From assembly GCA_019637175.1 (NCBI GenBank), contig JAHBWD010000010.1:126715-190714 (forward strand): DNA of 64,000 nt, in the 5' to 3' direction. Below the pieces are notes generated by a model. It was not told the DNA's origin, did no database searches, and was given only the letters and a program-made list of their open reading frames with translations. Positions 18,282 to 28,525 of this stretch are shown here, piece after piece. Each line of letters begins with the position of its first letter. Position 1 is the first letter of the stretch. Made by a program: the position numbers and the translations under genes. Source of the stretch: Labilithrix sp. GTDB taxonomy: Bacteria > Myxococcota_A > Polyangia > Polyangiales > Polyangiaceae.

Positions 18282-19462
18282 TGCGACGCTGGCTCGTCAC
18301 CCTCGCGGCATGCCTCGGATGCAGCACCGCGCACGATCCGCCGAGGCACGCGCCCGCGCCTCCCAGCGCGACGACGATCGCGAGCGACGCCGGAGATGCC
18401 GGAGACGCCGGAGGCGCGAGCGACGCCGCGCTCGCCGGCGACAAGCTCGTCCCCGACGAGGCCGTCGGCCCGCTCCTCGCGCGCCTCTCCGAGAACCCGG
18501 GGAGCTTCCCCAGCGAGAACTACGTGACGAACGAGACCTCGCTGCTCCACGTCGCGCCGACCCTCCGCGATCCTCGGCTCCGCGGCCGCGCCTATGTCGG
18601 CGTGGGACCGGAGCAGAGCTACACCTATCTCGCGATGCTCGAGCCGCGCGTCGCGTACGTGGTCGACATCCGGCGCGGGAACTTCCTCGAGCACTTGATG
18701 TTCCGCGGATGCTTCGAGGCCGGTGAGACGCGCGCCGCGTTTTTGACCGCGCTGCTCTCCCGCCGCCCGCGATCGATCGCCGAGACCGCCGGCGCGGGCT
18801 TCGCCCCGCTCGACGCGGCGCTCCGCGGCGTCACCGCCGACGCCGCGCTCCGCGACGAGGGCGTCGCGCGAACCAGGGCGGTGCTCGATCGGCTCGCCGT
18901 CGTTCGCGCGGCGGGCGACGACAAGGAGATCGCGCGCATCCACGAAGCCTTCGCCAAGCACGGCCTCTCGATCGCCTACACCATGCTCAACAGCGATCGG
19001 AAGTACCCCACGCTCGCCGAGAACTTCGCCGCGCGCGATCCCGACGGCGCGCCCGCGAGCTTCCTCGCCTCCGAAGAGACCTACGCGCGCGTTCGCCGCC
19101 TCGTCCTCGCCAACCGCGTCTTGCCCGTCGTCGGCGACTTCGGCGGATCGCATTCGCTGCGCGCGGTCGCCGACGACATGCGCGCGCGAAACCTGCTCCT
19201 CGGCGTGTTCTACACCTCGAACGTCGAGCAGTACCTCTTCGAGTCGCGCAAGCACGGCGCGTTCGCGGGGAGCGTCGGCGCGATGCCGTACGACGAGCAG
19301 AGTCGGCTCGTACGCGTCTGGTTCGATCAAGGACGGCCGCACCCCGCCCAGCGGCCAGGCCACCGCACCACGCAGATCACCGTCCCGGTGACGGCCTTCC
19401 TCGATCGCGCGGCGAAGAAGCCGTTCCGCTCCTACTGGGACGTCGTCACTCGCGCGGAGTGA
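18281..19462 (+). CDS. hypothetical lipoprotein
   Basis: ATG overlaps the upstream stop (TGATG). MRRWLVTLAACLGCS lipobox; 393 aa. Confidence 0.55.
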   Translation: MRRWLVTLAACLGCSTAHDPPRHAPAPPSATTIASDAGDAGDAGGASDAALAGDKLVPDEAVGPLLARLSENPGSFPSENYVTNETSLLHVAPTLRDPRLRGRAYVGVGPEQSYTYLAMLEPRVAYVVDIRRGNFLEHLMFRGCFEAGETRAAFLTALLSRRPRSIAETAGAGFAPLDAALRGVTADAALRDEGVARTRAVLDRLAVVRAAGDDKEIARIHEAFAKHGLSIAYTMLNSDRKYPTLAENFAARDPDGAPASFLASEETYARVRRLVLANRVLPVVGDFGGSHSLRAVADDMRARNLLLGVFYTSNVEQYLFESRKHGAFAGSVGAMPYDEQSRLVRVWFDQGRPHPAQRPGHRTTQITVPVTAFLDRAAKKPFRSYWDVVTRAE

Positions 19463-20149
19463 CTAGGCGACGCGCAGCTCGGGCTCGCCGACCACCTCGA
19501 CGGCGGGGACGTAGCGGCCGTCCTTCTCCGAGTACGCGAGCATGCGCCCCGCGCCGATGTCGAACCACCACGCGTAGAGGCGAACGTCGCCGCGCGCGAC
19601 GCGTTCGCGGACGAACGAGTGCGTCTCGAGGTTCGCGACCTGCTGGCGCGTCGCGATCTGCGAGAGCTGATCATGCTCGGCGAGCGTGGAATCGAGCGGC
19701 CCCTTGGTGCGCCACGTCTCGACGGACCCGCTCGCGAGCGCGAGCCAGCGCCGAAGAGCCGGCGACGGCGGAGGCTCGGGCGCGAGCGCCGCCTTCATTC
19801 CTCCGCAGCCAGAGTGACCACACACGACGACGTTCCGCACGCCGAGGACCTCGAGCGCGTACCAAACGGCGGCGGTGACGCTGCAGTGCTCCGCTTCGTC
19901 GCCGTCTTCCCGAGCCGCGGGCACGAGGTTGGCCACGTTGCGCACGATGAACAGCTCACCGGGCTCGGCTGACGCGACGAGGTTCGGCACGAGCCGGCTG
20001 TCGGCGCACGTGATCAGCATCGCGAGCGGAGCTTGACCATCCGCGAGCGCAGCAAATCGATCGCGGTACTTCTCCCGCGTCTGTTGTTCGTAGCGCTCGA
20101 GCCCTTCGACGAGAGTTTTCACGGGGCGGCGCCAATTCACGCCCCGTGC
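19463..20149 (-). CDS. beta-class carbonic anhydrase
   Basis: CADSRLVP and VCGHSGCGG zinc-ligand motifs. Start MARGVNW is M of the C-terminal 229 aa of the spurious 1134-aa ORF 19463..22867. Confidence 0.8.
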   Translation of the reverse strand, partial: ARGVNWRRPVKTLVEGLERYEQQTREKYRDRFAALADGQAPLAMLITCADSRLVPNLVASAEPGELFIVRNVANLVPAAREDGDEAEHCSVTAAVWYALEVLGVRNVVVCGHSGCGGMKAALAPEPPPSPALRRWLALASGSVETWRTKGPLDSTLAEHDQLSQIATRQQVANLETHSFVRERVARGDVRLYAWWFDIGAGRMLAYSEKDGRYVPAVEVVGEPELRVA

Positions 20150-20308
20150 CATGCGGGAGCTCCGACGATCTGGGCCTACGCGAGCCGTAGTGTCGGGCAG
20201 CACCGACACTTCGCCGTCCGCCGAAGCCGACTCTCGTAATGTTGCGAAATCCATCACGTCGATCACCGTGCGTGCCGCGTTCTCCGTGGCTAAAGTCAAA
20301 CCCACGCA

Positions 20309-21802
20309 ATGTCGATGAACGCCTCTGCCGCACGATCTACTCGGCCCCCGCGAGCGACCGGCACGAGCTCGACTCGACCGCACGTTCTGCTCGTCGAAGA
20401 CGATCTCGACCTCTGCGAGCTGCTCTCCATCCGGATCGAAGCGGCGGGCTACGACGTGTCGGTCGAGCACAGCGTTCAGGGAGCCCTCGAGCACGTCGGC
20501 TCCGAGCGCGTCGACGCCATCCTCCTCGACCTCCGCCTCGGCAACGAAGACGGCTTCGAGGTGCTCGAGGGAGTCGCCAAGCGATCGGCGCACGTCCCGG
20601 TCATCATCCTCACGGCGCACGGATCCATCGACCTCGCGGTCGAGGCGATGAAGAAGGGCGCCTATGCGTTCGTCACCAAGCCCTTCCACGACCACGATCT
20701 GCTCGAGAAGCTCAAGCACACGGTCGAGAGCCACCGGCTCCGCCGGGAGATCGCGGGCCTCCGTCGCATCGTCGGCGTGCACGACGAGCGCACGCGCCTC
20801 GTCGGCGTGAGCCCGGCGATCGAGCGCGTCCGCGAGATGATCGGGCTCGTCGCCCCCACCGACACGACGGTCCTCATCCTCGGCGAGTCGGGCACGGGCA
20901 AGGAGATCGTCGCGCGGTCGATCGCGGCGCTCTCGCCCCGCAAGGACGGCCCGTTCATCGCGGTCAACTGCGCGGGCCTCTCGGCCGAGCTCCTCGAGAG
21001 CACGCTCTTCGGCCACAAAAAAGGCGCCTTTACGGGCGCCGTGTCCGAGCGCGAGGGCCTGTTCGGCGCCGCGCGCAAGGGCACGCTCTTCCTCGACGAG
21101 ATCGGCGAAACCCCGCTCGAGGTCCAGGCCAAGCTCCTCCGCGTGCTCCAAGAGCGTCGCTTCACCGCGCTCGGCTCGACGGTCGAGCAAGAAGCCGACG
21201 TGCGCATCATCACCGCGACCAACCGCGATCTCCGCCAGGAGGTCGTCGAGAAGCGCTTCCGCGAAGATCTGTTCTACCGGCTCCACGTCGTGCCGCTCGC
21301 GATGCCCGCGCTCCGTGAGCGCCGCGAAGACGTGACGCTGCTCGCCGAGATGTTCCTCGAGCGCGCCGCCGCACGCGCCGGGATCACGACGCCGCAGCTC
21401 GGCGCCCGCGCGCTCGGCGCGCTCAACGCGCACTCGTGGCCGGGCAACGTGCGCGAGCTCGAGAACGTCATGGAGGCGGCCGTTTTGCTTTGCCGCAACG
21501 GCGAGATCGATCTCGATCACCTCCCCGGCATCGGAACGAGCAGCCCCGGCCCCGCCGACGCGCGCACGGCGGATCTGGCGCGCGGGGCCGCGAACCTGCT
21601 CTCGATTTACGCGTCGTCCGACGGTCCGGCGCCTCCTCCCTTGCGCGACGCACGCGAGGCCTTCGAAGGGGCGTACCTCGACGTGGTGCTCGCGCGCTCG
21701 GGCGGAAACGTGACGACCGCGGCGAAGCTCGCGGGCCGTAACCGCACCGATTTTTACGACTTGATGCGCCGCCACGGCCGGTCGCCGCAGCGCGACGGTT
21801 GA
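20309..21802 (+). CDS. sigma54-dependent response regulator (NtrC/Fis family: REC + AAA+ + HTH)
   Basis: REC domain (VLLVEDD...ILLDLRLG). GESGTGKE Walker A, GAFTGA sigma54-contact motif, and a C-terminal Fis-type HTH. Confidence 0.85.
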   Translation: MSMNASAARSTRPPRATGTSSTRPHVLLVEDDLDLCELLSIRIEAAGYDVSVEHSVQGALEHVGSERVDAILLDLRLGNEDGFEVLEGVAKRSAHVPVIILTAHGSIDLAVEAMKKGAYAFVTKPFHDHDLLEKLKHTVESHRLRREIAGLRRIVGVHDERTRLVGVSPAIERVREMIGLVAPTDTTVLILGESGTGKEIVARSIAALSPRKDGPFIAVNCAGLSAELLESTLFGHKKGAFTGAVSEREGLFGAARKGTLFLDEIGETPLEVQAKLLRVLQERRFTALGSTVEQEADVRIITATNRDLRQEVVEKRFREDLFYRLHVVPLAMPALRERREDVTLLAEMFLERAAARAGITTPQLGARALGALNAHSWPGNVRELENVMEAAVLLCRNGEIDLDHLPGIGTSSPGPADARTADLARGAANLLSIYASSDGPAPPPLRDAREAFEGAYLDVVLARSGGNVTTAAKLAGRNRTDFYDLMRRHGRSPQRDG

Positions 21803-21817
21803 GTGCTGTATTTCGCA

Positions 21818-21835
21818 TCGTCGGAAGAATCCGAC
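21818..21835. promoter_or_regulatory. perfect palindrome CGTCGGA-AGAA-TCCGACG (candidate enhancer/UAS)
   Basis: 7-bp arms, about 85 bp upstream of the sigma54 promoter; seen directly in sequence. Confidence 0.35.
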
Positions 21836-21909
21836 GGTGTCGGCCCGAGGCGACGCTCGCGCAGACGTCGTAAGGCCTGAATTTGCCTGAGATCCTCGCG
21901 TCCGGCAGG

Positions 21910-21925
21910 TGGCACTTAGGTTGCT
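21910..21925 (+). promoter_or_regulatory. sigma54 (-24/-12) promoter TGGCAC-N5-TTGCT
   Basis: TGGCACttaggTTGCT matches the RpoN consensus exactly. It lies between the activator gene and the SulP gene. Confidence 0.6.
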
Positions 21926-22069
21926 CCTAACGCGCGCGATGGAATCTTCGAAGGCGACCGCGCTCGCGCTCGTCACGCTCCTCGGGATGCTCCTCGTGGC
22001 GCAGACCGACGGGGCGCGAGCCACGGCGCTGTCGCTGCGCCCGCGCAAGCCGGTCACCCAGCCGGTCCG

Positions 22070-23539
22070 ATGCGAGCCGGCCTCGACGACGCCAGCCACC
22101 TCTCTCGACGCTCCCCTCTCGCCCGACGCTCCGAGGAACCCGTGACCACCGAAGCCCCGACGACGAGCGCCGCCCGGCTTCGTCTCTTCTTCAAGTTCTT
22201 CGACAGCCGCTTCGAGGATCTCGACAGGCGCTCGTGGAAGAAGACCGTCTATCGCGACCTCAGCGCCGGCCTCGTCGTCGCGTTGACCGCGATCCCGATG
22301 GCGATGGGCTTCGCGATGGCGATGGGGCTCAGGCCGGAGCAGGGCATCATCGCCGGCGCGCTCGCGTGCGCGGTCGGCCGCACGTTCGGCGGGTCGAAGT
22401 ACCAGGTGTACGGCCCCACGGCCGCGTTCATTCCGGTCATCGCCAGTCTGATGGCGAAGTACGGCGAGGCCAACGGCGGCTCGTTCGCCGCCGCGCACGG
22501 CATGCTCGTCTTCGTGTCGATCCTCGCGGGCGTCGTGCTGATGGCCTGCGGCGTCGCCGGCCTCGGCAAGGTCGCGAAGAAGGTGCCGCCGTCGATCGTC
22601 GTGGGCTTCACCGTCGGCATCGCCGTCGCGATCGCCCTCACGAACTCCACCGACGCGCTCGGGCTCGGGGCGAGCTCGGGTTCGATGCGCGCGCGCCTCG
22701 CGTTCATCGCGGCCAACCTCGGGCAGATCAACTGGTGGGCGCTCGGGCTCGCCGCCCTCACGTTCGCGCTGACGAAGGGACTGCTGCGCGTCTCGATCTT
22801 CATCCCCGCGCCGCTCATCGCCCTCGGCGTGTGCACGCTGCTCACGGCCACGGTGCTCGACGGGCACGGCGTCACGCTGGTCCGCGATCGCTTCGGGAGC
22901 ATCCCGAACCAGTTCTTCGTCTTCACGCCGCCGATCCTCCCGCCGGCCACCCTCGCGGTCGTGATCGACTGCGTCTACTACGTCTCCGCGATCGTCTTCG
23001 TGTCAGGCATCGAGAGCCTCCTCTGCTCGTCGATGGCCGATCGCCTCGCGAACAACAAGAAGACGCCGTTCAACCCCGACAAGGAGTTCTGGGGACAGGG
23101 CCTCGTCCAGATCATCACGCCGCTGCTCAACGGCTTCCCCTGCACCGGCGCGCTCGCGCGAACGGCGACGAGCATCAAGGCGGGCGCGGTCACGCCGCTC
23201 GCGGGCTACTTCAAGTTCGCGCTGAAGCTCCTCATGGCCTACTTCCTCGCCTCCTACCTCGAGCGCGTCCCGCTCGCGTGCATCGCCGGGATCCTCTTCT
23301 GGGTCGCGACGAACATGGTGAAGAAGGCCGAGATCCTCGAGGTGTGGAAGCACGCCGGCCGCTTCCACACCGGGCTGATGATCTACACCGCGGTCATGGT
23401 GCCGATGACCGACTTCCTCACGGCGGTCCTCTCCGCGCTCGGCATCTACGTCGTCTACGCGCGGCTCACCCGCAAGCGCGACAGCGACAAGCCCGTCGCT
23501 GCCCCGTCGACGCCCGACATGCAGGCCGCCGCGGAGTAA
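22070..23539 (+). CDS. SulP-family anion (sulfate/bicarbonate) permease lacking a STAS domain
   Basis: About 11-12 TM helices with SulP signature regions (GPTAAFIPVI..., FPCTGALARTATSIKAGAVTPLAG). Ends right after the membrane domain. An alternative GTG start lies at 22142. Confidence 0.75.
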   Translation: MRAGLDDASHLSRRSPLARRSEEPVTTEAPTTSAARLRLFFKFFDSRFEDLDRRSWKKTVYRDLSAGLVVALTAIPMAMGFAMAMGLRPEQGIIAGALACAVGRTFGGSKYQVYGPTAAFIPVIASLMAKYGEANGGSFAAAHGMLVFVSILAGVVLMACGVAGLGKVAKKVPPSIVVGFTVGIAVAIALTNSTDALGLGASSGSMRARLAFIAANLGQINWWALGLAALTFALTKGLLRVSIFIPAPLIALGVCTLLTATVLDGHGVTLVRDRFGSIPNQFFVFTPPILPPATLAVVIDCVYYVSAIVFVSGIESLLCSSMADRLANNKKTPFNPDKEFWGQGLVQIITPLLNGFPCTGALARTATSIKAGAVTPLAGYFKFALKLLMAYFLASYLERVPLACIAGILFWVATNMVKKAEILEVWKHAGRFHTGLMIYTAVMVPMTDFLTAVLSALGIYVVYARLTRKRDSDKPVAAPSTPDMQAAAE

Positions 23540-23544
23540 GCGGG

Positions 23545-24243
23545 TCAGGCCAGCGCGACGTAGATGTTCTGAACGTCGTCGTCTTCGTCGAGCGCGCCGA
23601 GGAAGGCCTCGACCTCCGCGCGCTGCGCGTCGTCGACGCTGACGGGGTTCTTCGCCTTCCAGATGAGCGCGGCGGAGCTGACGACCCATTTGCGATCGGC
23701 GAGCGCCTTGCTCACCGCGTCGAGATCGGTCGGCTCGGTGAAGAACCGCGTCGCGCCCTCGTCGCCCGCCTCGAGATCCTGGGCGCCGCTCTCGATCGCC
23801 GCTTCCTCGGCGTCGACGTCCGCGCTCGGCGGCGTCGCCTCGATCTGCCCGAGGCGGTTGAAGTCCCACGAGACGGAGCCCGAAGCGCCGAGCTGCCCCT
23901 TGCGGAAGAGCATGCGCACGTTCGCCGAGGTGCGGTTTCTGTTGTCGGTCAGACACTCGACGATGACGGGCACCTGATTCGGGGCAAAGCCCTCGTAGGT
24001 CACGACCTCGTACTGCACCTGCTCGTCGAGGAGCCCCGCGCCCTTCTTGATGGCGCGCTCGAGCGTGTCTTTCGTCATCGAGGCCTTCTTCGCCGCCTCG
24101 ACCGCCATGCGCAGGCGCGGGTTCATCGACGGATCGGGGCCGCTGCGCGCGGCCACCATGATCTCCTTCGCGAGCTTCGTGAAGATGCGCCCCTTCGCCG
24201 CGGCCGAAGCCTCACGGCCCTTCTGCTTCCACTGTGCACCCAT
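23545..24243 (-). CDS. YebC/PmpR family DNA-binding transcriptional regulator
   Basis: [13 protein letters not shown]...[10 protein letters not shown]...SVSWDF are typical YebC motifs. Confidence 0.8.
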   Translation of the reverse strand: MGAQWKQKGREASAAAKGRIFTKLAKEIMVAARSGPDPSMNPRLRMAVEAAKKASMTKDTLERAIKKGAGLLDEQVQYEVVTYEGFAPNQVPVIVECLTDNRNRTSANVRMLFRKGQLGASGSVSWDFNRLGQIEATPPSADVDAEEAAIESGAQDLEAGDEGATRFFTEPTDLDAVSKALADRKWVVSSAALIWKAKNPVSVDDAQRAEVEAFLGALDEDDDVQNIYVALA

Positions 24244-24279
24244 GGTCGTCGACGCCCACGATAGCGCACTCCTCGGTCT

Positions 24280-25860
24280 TCAGTTGAAGCTGTCGACGCG
24301 CGTGGCGCCCGTGGCGCGAGCCACCGTCACGAAGAAGGCGAGATCGCCCCAGACGGAGTAGGCCGCGAGCTGCACCTCGGTCGCGGGGTCGAAGCCGACG
24401 GGCGAATCCGCCGGGGCGACGAGCTCCATGCCGTTCGCGACCGCGAGCATCGCGCTGGTCGAGAGGTAGACCTCGAGCTCCGCGTACGGGCCCGCCTGCG
24501 CGGCGACCGCGAGCGCGCGATCGACGACGAGGTGGCCGGCGAGGCCGCGGAAGGCCGCTTCGTCGTAGACGTACGGAATGACGTTCGACGTCGTCGCGCT
24601 CGTCGCCTCGAGCGCCACGGTCGATCGCGCGCCCGCGCGATCGACGACGAAGTGCCATCGCGGCGCACCGCCCGCCGGCGTTCCGTGCGCGACGATCGTC
24701 GCGCCCGGCATCCCATGCTGCGATCGGAGCTGGCCTTCGAACCGCGCGACTTGCCACGTGTCCTTGAATTCGGGGCGGGAGACGAGCTTCGAGAGCGAGA
24801 CCGTCGGCGCGACGATCCACTCGGCCGATCCTCCGCGCGGGAGCGCGATGAGCGCGATCGTCTTGCCCGCTTCCGTGCGCGTCGTGAGGACGCTCGCGGC
24901 GTAGCGCCGGCCGGTCTTCGCGAGGATGTCGGCGGCGACCTTGCGCTCGATCGACGCCGTGCCCGGATCGGGCGGCGGCTCTTCGTTCTGGCAGGTCGAG
25001 ACCTGACGGTACGATCCGCACTCGCCGAGATCGGCGGCGCGCGCGATGCAGCGGCGCACCGAGGCTTCGCACGTCGCCGTCCACTGCGACTCGGCGGTCT
25101 TCGTCGTGAGCCCGAGCTTCTTCACGCGGATCTCGACCTTCGAGGTCGTCGTCTCCGAAGGGCTGGCCGAGACCGCGAAGCTTCGTTGCTCGAGCACCGG
25201 CGCGACGCCGCCGTACGTCCAGTCGAAGAGCCACTTCCGCGCCGAGAGTCGCCTCGGCTCGGCGCCGGCGACGGTGAGCGTCGGATAGGTCTTCGTCGTC
25301 GTGACGTCGAGCCGGTAGCGTAGCGCGTCGCCGGCGTTCCCCGCCGACACCGGTCGGACGTCGCCGATCCTGATCGACGTCGGTCCGGCGAAGCCGTGGA
25401 GGCGCGCGCCGAGGTGCACGGCCGCCTCGTACCGGCGGATCGCGCCCGAGCTCGTCTCGATCGAGAGCCAGAGCGGGAGCCCGGAGAGCACGGTGTTGAT
25501 CTCGTGATCGCCACGCAACACGAGATCGAACGATCGCGGCCCGCGCATGCGGACCTCGCCGAAGGCGTCGTCGGGAACGAACGAGCGCATCGCGTCGACG
25601 TTGCGGCTGACGCGCCCGGGGACGACGAGCACGCGCCGGCCGTTCGCGACGTCGATGCGCGCCGCGGCGTCGAACGTCATGGTGATGCCGTTGACCTGCG
25701 CGCGCGCGACGCCGGACGCGTCGGCGTCGACGAGCGTCGTGTCGGCGGTGATCGCGCCCTCGGCCTCGGCGGCCTCTTCCTCGATCGGCGCGGCGCAGCC
25801 GACCGGGGCGACGGCCAGGGCGCCAAACAGCACAAACAAGAGGAGAGGGCGAGCCGACAT
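24280..25860 (-). CDS. hypothetical lipoprotein (526 aa)
   Basis: Start MSARPLLLFVLFGALAVAPVGCAAP (M13 of ORF 24280..25896); high GC3 throughout. Confidence 0.55.
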   Translation of the reverse strand: MSARPLLLFVLFGALAVAPVGCAAPIEEEAAEAEGAITADTTLVDADASGVARAQVNGITMTFDAAARIDVANGRRVLVVPGRVSRNVDAMRSFVPDDAFGEVRMRGPRSFDLVLRGDHEINTVLSGLPLWLSIETSSGAIRRYEAAVHLGARLHGFAGPTSIRIGDVRPVSAGNAGDALRYRLDVTTTKTYPTLTVAGAEPRRLSARKWLFDWTYGGVAPVLEQRSFAVSASPSETTTSKVEIRVKKLGLTTKTAESQWTATCEASVRRCIARAADLGECGSYRQVSTCQNEEPPPDPGTASIERKVAADILAKTGRRYAASVLTTRTEAGKTIALIALPRGGSAEWIVAPTVSLSKLVSRPEFKDTWQVARFEGQLRSQHGMPGATIVAHGTPAGGAPRWHFVVDRAGARSTVALEATSATTSNVIPYVYDEAAFRGLAGHLVVDRALAVAAQAGPYAELEVYLSTSAMLAVANGMELVAPADSPVGFDPATEVQLAAYSVWGDLAFFVTVARATGATRVDSFN

Positions 25861-25960
25861 GGTGCGGAAGTATGCGACAAAGTAGCCTTCGTGCAACCGT
25901 GCCTGGCTCTGGCCCGAAAGCCTTTTGAATCAACGGTTTGCGATCATAGCCTCGGAGGTG

Positions 25961-26782
25961 ATGGCGTTCGTTCCCTCGACATCCACCGGCTACGAGCACG
26001 ACAGGCGCACGTGGCTCGTCGTCCATCCGAAGGGAGTCGTCGGCCGCCTCGACGGAGACCGCCTCGTCTTTCCGACCGACGAAGAGGTGTCGGCGCTCGG
26101 CGTCGCGACGACCGAGGCCTACCGGCTCGGCACGCTCGACGGCACCGACGTCGTCACGGCGCCGTGGCCCGATCCGTCGCGCCGCGTGCCGGCGCCCTTC
26201 GAGCCGCACGGCCTGCGCTCGCTCGCGGCCTTCCTCGACGGCGATCTCTTCGGCGTGGTCGGGCGTGCGATGCACACGTGCGACTGGCTCACGACGAGCC
26301 GCTTCTGCGGACGTTGCGGCGCGGCGACCGCGCGCGTCGACGGCGAGCGGTGCGTGGTCTGCCCTTCTTGCGCCCTCCGGGTGTATCCGCGCATCTCGCC
26401 CGCGATCATCACGCTCGTGCGCAAGGGCGATCTCGCGCTCCTCGCGAGCAACGCGAAGTTTCCCGGCGTCTTCTACAGCACGCTCGCGGGCTTCGCCGAC
26501 ATCGGCGAGTCGCTCGAGGAGACGCTCGTGCGCGAGGTGAAGGAAGAGACCGGCGTGAGCGTCGCGAACGTGCGCTACTTCGGCAGCCAGCCGTGGCCCT
26601 TTCCCAACTCGCTCATGATCGGCTTCACCGCCGAATGGGTCGGGGGCGAGATCGCGATCGATCCGACGGAGATCTCCGACGCGAAGTGGTTCGCCGCCGA
26701 CGCGCTCCCGATGATCCCTCCGCCGCTCAGCATCGCGCGGAAGCTCATCGACGCGTGGATCGCCGACGTCACGCGACGTTGA
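25961..26782 (+). CDS. nudC: NAD+ diphosphatase (NudC-like Nudix hydrolase with zinc ribbon)
   Basis: CGRCG...CVVCPSC zinc ribbon and Nudix box GFADIGESLEETLVREVKEETGV. Start may be the upstream TTG at 25925. Confidence 0.75.
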   Translation: MAFVPSTSTGYEHDRRTWLVVHPKGVVGRLDGDRLVFPTDEEVSALGVATTEAYRLGTLDGTDVVTAPWPDPSRRVPAPFEPHGLRSLAAFLDGDLFGVVGRAMHTCDWLTTSRFCGRCGAATARVDGERCVVCPSCALRVYPRISPAIITLVRKGDLALLASNAKFPGVFYSTLAGFADIGESLEETLVREVKEETGVSVANVRYFGSQPWPFPNSLMIGFTAEWVGGEIAIDPTEISDAKWFAADALPMIPPPLSIARKLIDAWIADVTRR

Positions 26783-26894
26783 TCGCGACGCCGGCGCCAC
26801 GGGCGCCGGGCGATCCGGCGGGCTAACCGATCGAGAAGCGCGGCGTTTCGTGACGGGATGACGTGGGGCACGTCGCTTGCTCCTGGTGACGGTC

Positions 26895-27320
26895 ATGCGC
26901 GCTCTCGTGCCGTCGTCCCTCGCCGCGTTCCTTCTCGTCGTCGTCGCTTGCTCGTCGACCCTCCGCGCCGAAGACTACGACCAGTCTTGCGTCGGCGACG
27001 CCGACTGCGTGACGGTCTTCGTCGGCGACGTCTGCGACTGCGCCTGCGACGCCGTGGGGGCCGTCTCCCAAGCCGGGTTCGCGCGGTACGGCGAAGATCG
27101 CGGCAGCATCTCGTGCTCGAACCAGTGCAAGCCGTGCGCGAATCGACATGTCCCCGCGTGCGTCTCGGGCAAGTGCGAGGCGCAGCGATGCGCCGATAGC
27201 GTCGTCTTCTGCAAGAGGTCGTGCGATCAGCCCGACACGTTCACCGCGTGCACGTGCCCACCGGGCACGGTCGACACGACCACATGCTCGACGCGCGCTG
27301 CCGACGCAGGCACCGACTGA
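26895..27320 (+). CDS. Cys-rich secreted lipoprotein
   Basis: MRALVPSSLAAFLLVVVACSS lipobox; about 20 Cys in 120 aa. Confidence 0.5.
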   Translation: MRALVPSSLAAFLLVVVACSSTLRAEDYDQSCVGDADCVTVFVGDVCDCACDAVGAVSQAGFARYGEDRGSISCSNQCKPCANRHVPACVSGKCEAQRCADSVVFCKRSCDQPDTFTACTCPPGTVDTTTCSTRAADAGTD

Positions 27321-27367
27321 CGTCGAGCGGTTGACACGAGCTGAGCCGGCGCGAGACGCTGGGAGAC

Positions 27368-28525
27368 GTGAACAGGCAATCGTTCGCGGCGGTGCTGATC
27401 GCCGTCGCCGCGACGGGTTGCCCGTCGAGAGACGCGCCGACGGCGCCCGTCGAGGCCGCCGCGCCGGAGACCGGAGCGTCGGCGGCGCTCGACGCGGCGG
27501 CCGACGCGACGCCGCTCGCGCCCGCGCCGTCTCGGCGGCCGCTCCCCGCGGGCGAGCGCCTCGTCGCCCCGTTCAAGGGGACGCGCGCGCACGGCTTCGT
27601 CGCGATGTCGAACCTCGATCGCTCCGCGCCGCCGGCCGCGCGCCGCGTCGCGACGCCGCTCGCGCCGGGCGACGCGCTCGATCTCGACAAGCCCGTGCTC
27701 GTCGCTTCGTTCACGAAGCTGTGGACCGCGGTCGCCGCGCTGCGGATGGCCGAGCGCGGCGAGATCTACCTTCACGACACCGTCAAGGAGGCGCTGCCCG
27801 AGCTCGCGTCACGCCCTTGGGCGGAGAGCACGATCCGCGAGCTCTTGACCCACACGTCGCTCGTCCCCGAGCTCTACGACAAAGACGGCTTCGCGCGGAA
27901 GGTCGGCGTCGACTTCTCCGCGCCCGTCGCCGTCCTCTCGACGATGATCCCCGCGACCGCGACCGAGAAGCGCGGGACGTTCAAGTACAGAAACTCCGAG
28001 CTCGCGCTCGTCGGCGCGATCCTCGCCGCGAAGAGCAAGATGTCCGCGGAAGACGTGCTCCGGCGCGAGATCTTCACGCGCGCGCGCATGGAGCACGCGG
28101 GCCTCCTCGTCACCACGGTGCCGCGCGGGCTCGATCTGTCGCCCATGGGGCCCGTGCGACCCCAGAACTTCTTCACGGCGGGCGCGGGCTACGCGTCGGC
28201 GAACGATCTCTTGTCGTTCTTCGAAGCGCTCTCCGGCAGCGATCTGCTCACGCCCGGATCGAAGGCCATCCTCTTCGGCGGCGCCGCCGACCGCGGGCAC
28301 GGCGCGCTCGGCTGTTGGGCGTATCCCTTCGCGCTGCCCGACGGAGGCACGACGCTCCTCGTCGAGCGGCCGGGCTCGTTCGGCAACGTCCGTCTCTTCA
28401 GCGCTTACTTCCCCGAGCAAGATCGCGCGATCGTCGCGTGGACGGGCGACGGCGTCGACATTCCTCGACCGCGCGTGCAAGCCAAAGGGATCGGCGCCGC
28501 GCTCGTACGCGCGGCGCTCGAGTGA
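27368..28525 (+). CDS. serine hydrolase (beta-lactamase/transpeptidase-like) lipoprotein
   Basis: Lipobox AATGC; S-x-x-K motif (VASFTKLW). Confidence 0.65.
   Translation: MNRQSFAAVLIAVAATGCPSRDAPTAPVEAAAPETGASAALDAAADATPLAPAPSRRPLPAGERLVAPFKGTRAHGFVAMSNLDRSAPPAARRVATPLAPGDALDLDKPVLVASFTKLWTAVAALRMAERGEIYLHDTVKEALPELASRPWAESTIRELLTHTSLVPELYDKDGFARKVGVDFSAPVAVLSTMIPATATEKRGTFKYRNSELALVGAILAAKSKMSAEDVLRREIFTRARMEHAGLLVTTVPRGLDLSPMGPVRPQNFFTAGAGYASANDLLSFFEALSGSDLLTPGSKAILFGGAADRGHGALGCWAYPFALPDGGTTLLVERPGSFGNVRLFSAYFPEQDRAIVAWTGDGVDIPRPRVQAKGIGAALVRAALE

Noticed and set aside
19463-22867. 1134-aa minus-strand ORF spanning the CA gene, the sigma54 regulator gene and the SulP start
   Set aside because: Only its last 229 codons (the beta-CA) show coding GC3 and homology. 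The rest is Arg/Gly/Asp-rich antisense of the plus-strand genes, typical of high-GC shadow ORFs.
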